Below are positions 59,716 to 64,000 of a DNA stretch of 64,000 bases, in pieces. Source of the stretch: Hyphomicrobiales bacterium (GTDB lineage: Bacteria; Pseudomonadota; Alphaproteobacteria; Rhizobiales; JAJFHR01); contig JAJFHS010000053.1 of the NCBI GenBank assembly GCA_021775475.1, forward strand, positions 44,271 to 108,270, read 5' to 3'. The notes beneath the pieces are model-generated. The model saw only the letters and a program-made list of their open reading frames with translations. It was not told the origin of the DNA and ran no database searches. The stretch's first letter is position 1. The number at the start of each line of letters is the position of its first letter. The position numbers and the translations under genes are program-made.

Positions 59716-62003
59716 GATTTCCTGAATATATAGATCGGGCTTGACCAGGCCTGATTGCCATCCTCCTGGGTCACCCTGACATAAAGAGCATTATCGCCCG
59801 TATCGCGCAGATTGATTTTTTCCTCAATCGTCATTTCCATATGAGCATTTTCATCGGGCAGACGGAACAGCCGTAGCTTGCGGCCAAGTTTGCCAGCATC
59901 AAACACGATATCTTCAAAACCGATATCAGCAATATTGATGCTTTGTGAAACCACGGGCGTGTGAATTTTTACAACTCCCGCCTCCCCATCTTCAAGCCAG
60001 GCGTCAAATCCGCCATAATTCCCGGTGGTAAGCGCCTTCCATTGCAAATTATTATCACTTGTCTGATCGAGTGTTTTGTCCTCGTTGAAAAAGTTTATGC
60101 CGCTCGCCTTGGTCACGCGATTGCCGCTAAACTCCGCCTCGCCATCCCAGATCACCTGGCGGAAACGACCGCGATATTCCGCCCCTTCCCAGATCACCCG
60201 GATGCGGTTTCCCAACTCGTCCGATGTGTAGGGACGGTGGGTCGACACATGTTCAAGGCCATTAAAAATATCAATCCGCTCAATCGGTGCCGATCCGGTT
60301 ACATGAACCTGAAGTGATACGCCCCCTGTCGGCAGATGCACGATATCCCCCATCATCGCCTCGCGCGAGGCTCTACCTTGCACATCGCCAAGGGCAGGAT
60401 CATCGTGAAAAAGTTCGCCCTCCTCACCAAAACGCGCATTAACGTCAAGGATCATGCGGTTACCGGTGGTGCCGTAATGATGGCGTTTACGGTAACAGTC
60501 GAAAATTGCAGCCCGTGTCAATTCTGAGGTAAGAAAACAGGTAAGCCCGCCAATAGCGCCAAATTTAGCGGAGCCGGGATAGCTTGCACCGGGCCTGCCC
60601 TTGTGGCCATCGGAATTGCAGACAACACCCATACGGTAGCCCATCTCAAGGGCATCATGCAAAATCCATTCAAATGTTCCCCACGACGAATGTACTTCAA
60701 CAGCGGTCTCGACGCGGCCGTCATGGGCGACTTTTACATCAGCGTAGCGCCCACCACAATGCGCCAGACAGACTGCATCCTCGCCGTTCTCGATCAGTTT
60801 TTCAAACAATTCGCCAGCCGTGCCACAATCAGTATCGGCATCGCTGAGGTCGTTGATGAGCGCATGCGACGAGCGGTAGATCGGCCTGTCCTCAGTCATG
60901 TAAAACACGTTGCGGTCACCACCGAGGAATGTATTTCCCGACCATTCATATCCCGGCAATGTAACAAAACTGCCAGACGCATTGAACTCGCCAATCAGGC
61001 GATTGAGTTCGGCCCAGAATTCTTTGGTGATCTGAAAATCATTGCCCTGATGGCCGGTGACATCGACAAACGCCTTGTCGCGGGCAAATTCAAGATACTC
61101 ACGTGCACTGCCAGTGCCGATGGTCTCTTCGCTCTGGCCATGTACGTCACCCCAGAAGTGTAGCAACTGGTCCGGCACCGGCTCAACAATGCGGATGGGA
61201 TTGCATTTGGCCAGCACGCCACCAGCTTCATCCAACACTTCGATGTTGTATATTCCCGGCTCATCTGCCATGAGCCCCTCAATAACCTGCGCAAACTCGC
61301 CCGGACTAAAAGACACACTTTGCGCCAGGCCCGGCAGAGCGGGCGTGCTGCGCAATTTTACCTTTGTATCGATCTTGTCACTCGGATTACCCCATTTGTC
61401 CTCTGCCTTCAGGCACAGCCGGAAAGGCTGGCCCACCGGGTGCATCGTCGGTGCAACCGCACGCCACGTCACCGGCGGCCCTGAGACGATGGAGATTTCC
61501 GGCTGCTTGGGCACGGGAGCATAGGTATAGGTGGCAATGGCATCAACAAGAACGCGAAACTCAAACGTATCTTCGCAAAACGTCTGCAACCGCATGCCCG
61601 GTGAGCCGCCACTGCGCTCACCAAATACGATGGTGATCGTATCTCCTTCTTTCATGAAGCCATTGACGATTTTGATATAAAGCGTTCTGTCCCACGGTCG
61701 CACATTGCCCTTGGGATCATAGCGCACCTCAAGCTTGGCATTGTTGCTGGCGGTAACAGTGGTATAGCCCGGCGCTGTGGGATCATCGAACTGGGGGTTG
61801 GTTTGATCAGAAGCAAATCGCGATACGATTTTAATGCTGCCGCTGTCGTCGATGCCGTAAAAACCGGCGGTATAAACAAGGGTAAAGGTTTCCCATGAAC
61901 CCGCCTCAATCGCACCCGATGGTTCAATGGTCGCAGTCCCTGAAAGTTCCAGCGGAACATTTCCTGACAGATTACCCAGAAACTGGTTTTTGCTTGCCTC
62001 CAA
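59712..62003 (-). CDS. Large hypothetical protein (763 aa): beta-rich N-terminal domain plus a putative metal-dependent hydrolase-like core
   Basis: FWGDVHGQSEET and GHKGRPG segments suggest a PHP/DUF3604-like metallohydrolase, which is unverified. ATGA-coupled to the downstream sulfatase. Confidence 0.4.
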   Translation of the reverse strand: MEASKNQFLGNLSGNVPLELSGTATIEPSGAIEAGSWETFTLVYTAGFYGIDDSGSIKIVSRFASDQTNPQFDDPTAPGYTTVTASNNAKLEVRYDPKGNVRPWDRTLYIKIVNGFMKEGDTITIVFGERSGGSPGMRLQTFCEDTFEFRVLVDAIATYTYAPVPKQPEISIVSGPPVTWRAVAPTMHPVGQPFRLCLKAEDKWGNPSDKIDTKVKLRSTPALPGLAQSVSFSPGEFAQVIEGLMADEPGIYNIEVLDEAGGVLAKCNPIRIVEPVPDQLLHFWGDVHGQSEETIGTGSAREYLEFARDKAFVDVTGHQGNDFQITKEFWAELNRLIGEFNASGSFVTLPGYEWSGNTFLGGDRNVFYMTEDRPIYRSSHALINDLSDADTDCGTAGELFEKLIENGEDAVCLAHCGGRYADVKVAHDGRVETAVEVHSSWGTFEWILHDALEMGYRMGVVCNSDGHKGRPGASYPGSAKFGAIGGLTCFLTSELTRAAIFDCYRKRHHYGTTGNRMILDVNARFGEEGELFHDDPALGDVQGRASREAMMGDIVHLPTGGVSLQVHVTGSAPIERIDIFNGLEHVSTHRPYTSDELGNRIRVIWEGAEYRGRFRQVIWDGEAEFSGNRVTKASGINFFNEDKTLDQTSDNNLQWKALTTGNYGGFDAWLEDGEAGVVKIHTPVVSQSINIADIGFEDIVFDAGKLGRKLRLFRLPDENAHMEMTIEEKINLRDTGDNALYVRVTQEDGNQAWSSPIYIFRKS

Positions 62004-62106
62004 TTCACTCTCCTTTAGTTTGTTGCCCGGTTCAGGCGCATACGCTGCCGGACTAATTAAATCAACATCGCCTGGTTAAAACTGATTTCGTTTAAGCCCG
62101 CGCCAC

Positions 62107-62970
62107 TCAGGCCGCAGCAGCCTGACTTAGTGCCAGACCTTTGATTGTAGTGCGGTGCATGGTCCGTTCATATGCAGAAAAATCGTAAGGTGTGGCACAG
62201 TGCATCGTGGTGCGATTGTCCCACATCACAATGTCATCGGCCCGCCATTTGTGGGCATAGATAAATTCAGGCTGAACGGCATGAGCATAAAGTCGTGCCA
62301 GCAAAGCTTCGCTTTCAGCAGGTTCCATCCCCTTGATTGAAACTGTGAAACCTTCATTAACGAACAGCGCCTTGCGGCCACTTTCAGGATGCTTGAGTAC
62401 AATAGCATGCTCGGTGTCGCGCCATTGAGCCAGTTGCTTGGCCGTTGGTGCCGGGCGTTTTCCACCCTCGGCCATCTTCATATAGCGGTGATGATAGGAG
62501 TGAATTGCCGTTCGCCCTTCGATCAGCGCCTTGGTTTCATCATCGAGCGCCTCATAGGCTGCGTACATGTCGGTATAAAGCGTATCACCACCTTCGGGTG
62601 GCACGGTGAGACCGTGCAGTATCGAGCCCATCGGCGGCACCTCTTCATATGTCATGTCAGAATGCCAGTAGGCACCACCATTATCCAGCGGCTTGACACC
62701 ACCGCGCCCGCGGTTGGACAGCACAAGAATTTCGGGGTGGGCAGGTAACAACCAGTCCTTCACAGTGTGATCCTGCAGGTCACCAAAATGACGGGAAAAG
62801 TCTATGTGCTGGGCCTCGGAGATGTTTTGGCCGCGCAGCACCAGGATTGAATGGTCCCACCACGCCTGCCGGATTGCCGCCATTGTTTCGGCATTCACTG
62901 GCCCGGACAAATCGACGCCCTCAACTTCAGCCACAAAAGTCTCACCCATCTTTTTCAACGATATTGCCAT
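62107..62970 (-). CDS. TauD/TfdA family Fe(II)/2-oxoglutarate dioxygenase
   Basis: WHSDMTYEE (HxD), WDNRTTMHCA, 287 aa. Confidence 0.85.
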   Translation of the reverse strand: MAISLKKMGETFVAEVEGVDLSGPVNAETMAAIRQAWWDHSILVLRGQNISEAQHIDFSRHFGDLQDHTVKDWLLPAHPEILVLSNRGRGGVKPLDNGGAYWHSDMTYEEVPPMGSILHGLTVPPEGGDTLYTDMYAAYEALDDETKALIEGRTAIHSYHHRYMKMAEGGKRPAPTAKQLAQWRDTEHAIVLKHPESGRKALFVNEGFTVSIKGMEPAESEALLARLYAHAVQPEFIYAHKWRADDIVMWDNRTTMHCATPYDFSAYERTMHRTTIKGLALSQAAAA

Positions 62971-62979
62971 GATATTCTC

Positions 62980-63882
62980 CTAACGCTGCATGCCCCACCG
63001 GTTGACGGTGCGGCGTTCAATATTGCGAAAGATGACGTTTTCTACGAAAAATCCGATCAAGATGACCATGAAAAGACCGGCAAAGACGCCATCAGTATCA
63101 ATGTTCTGGCTCGATTCAAATATGTACCAGCCCAGCCCGCCGCTGCCTGATGATGCGCCGAACACCAGTTCAGCACCAATCAGTGTGCGCCACGCAAACG
63201 CCCAGCCGATTTTCATACCAGCCAGAATTGAAGGCAGGGCTGCGGGAACGAGAATTTTCCAGACATAGCCGAAACCCTTCAAGCCGTAATTGCGCCCGAT
63301 CATGCGCAAGGTTTGGCTCACCCCTTCAAAACCGCTATGGGTACTGAGCGCCACTGCCCACAACACCGAGTGGATGAGCACGAACACCAGGCTTGCCGTG
63401 CCAAGGCCGAACCACAGCATCGCCAGGGGCAACAGGGCAATGGCGGGCAGCGGATTGAACATGGCAGTTGCCATGGAAATAAAATCACTGCCAAAGCGCG
63501 AGACCGTCGCCCACAGGATCAGGACCGCAGCCAAGAACAATCCGGCACTGTAGCCGATGAGCAGCACCTTAATTGAAAACCAGACCTTCCAGATCAGATC
63601 GCTGTAGAACAGATCCCTGATCAGGGTCGAAAATGAGACCCAAAAACTCGGCAACATTAAGGGTTCGACATCAAATCCAACCGTATAAGCCTGCCAGGCA
63701 ACAACCAGACTAAGTAGAATGACGAACTTGCGAACGCCGTCGATATTCCAGATGCGCTCGAGCGTTGACAGTTTGCGCGCAACCTCACTGGTTTGCGCCT
63801 GCTCAATATCCGATACTTCAAATTCCGGGCGGAGGACCAGTTGCGGGATAGCGGTTTTTTTATTGTTGGATGAAGTGCTCAT
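62980..63882 (-). CDS. ABC transporter permease (TauC/SsuC/NitT family)
   Basis: 6-TM permease. ATG 63882 forms an ATGA overlap with the upstream paralog's stop and is preferred over 63900. Confidence 0.8.
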   Translation of the reverse strand: MSTSSNNKKTAIPQLVLRPEFEVSDIEQAQTSEVARKLSTLERIWNIDGVRKFVILLSLVVAWQAYTVGFDVEPLMLPSFWVSFSTLIRDLFYSDLIWKVWFSIKVLLIGYSAGLFLAAVLILWATVSRFGSDFISMATAMFNPLPAIALLPLAMLWFGLGTASLVFVLIHSVLWAVALSTHSGFEGVSQTLRMIGRNYGLKGFGYVWKILVPAALPSILAGMKIGWAFAWRTLIGAELVFGASSGSGGLGWYIFESSQNIDTDGVFAGLFMVILIGFFVENVIFRNIERRTVNRWGMQR

Positions 63883-64000
63883 CGTGCCTGCATCCCCCAT
63901 TTGCGGACCGTTAGGCTCTCGATTTTGTTGAAGACAACAGTTTCAACCACAACCCCCACAAGAATGACCATGAACAATCCGGCAAACACATAAGCGATGC
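63879..64000 (-). CDS. ABC transporter permease, paralog (3' end only; continues beyond the window)
   Basis: The minus-strand frame is open to the window edge. The C-terminus ...WGMQAR parallels ...WGMQR of the downstream permease. Confidence 0.6.
   Translation of the reverse strand, partial: IAYVFAGLFMVILVGVVVETVVFNKIESLTVRKWGMQAR

Overview
The window looks like a chromosomal segment of about 50% GC from an alphaproteobacterium. That assignment is inferred from gene content and order (carB-greA, msrP, LplT-Aas fusion), C-rich-loop sRNA candidates and characteristic intergenic repeats. I found no rRNA, tRNA, CRISPR array, transposase or integrase.

Gene blocks in order:
- 1-4054: a decarboxylase / ATP-grasp / C45-peptidase trio (first gene truncated by the window edge).
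- 4090-8228: TerC, glyA, and a hyi-like isomerase with an extended SDR.
- 8234-12421: a 1130-aa LplT-PlsC-Aas triple fusion, divergent from a TetR gene, with three perfect operator palindromes between them.
- 12461-15677: a copZ-copA-cueR copper module with a CueR-box promoter.
- 15677-17547: an orphan 452-aa ORF with a HEPN-like Rx4H motif, bracketed by 34-bp inverted repeats.
- 17567-23149: a beta-propeller hypothetical, an EF-G paralog lacking the catalytic His, msrP without msrQ, and phzF.
- 23181-23606: two tandem minus-strand sRNA candidates with C/U-rich hairpin loops, downstream of trxB-lysR.
- 25586-35639: paralogous 2OG-oxygenase-like genes around an ELM1-like gene and lrp, then carB-greA and manC.
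- 35778-51913: the main accessory feature, a ~16-kb bacterial microcompartment (BMC) superlocus. It holds a fused PduCD-like B12 diol dehydratase plus PduE, an isochorismatase-like hydrolase, a PotD-type ABC importer, an SDR, an AraC regulator, an APH-fold kinase, a class-III aminotransferase-fold enzyme, an acylating aldehyde dehydrogenase with a C-terminal encapsulation-peptide-like helix, and 2 BMC-T + 1 BMC-H + 1 BMC-P shell genes.
- 51994-56285: an orphan YcaO gene with a SARP/BTAD-TPR regulator.
- 56469-64000: a metallophosphoesterase and a sulfatase / TauD / ABC-permease organosulfur cluster.

A ~120-bp MITE-like element occurs twice, in opposite orientations. All functional calls rest on motif recognition by eye, with no database search.
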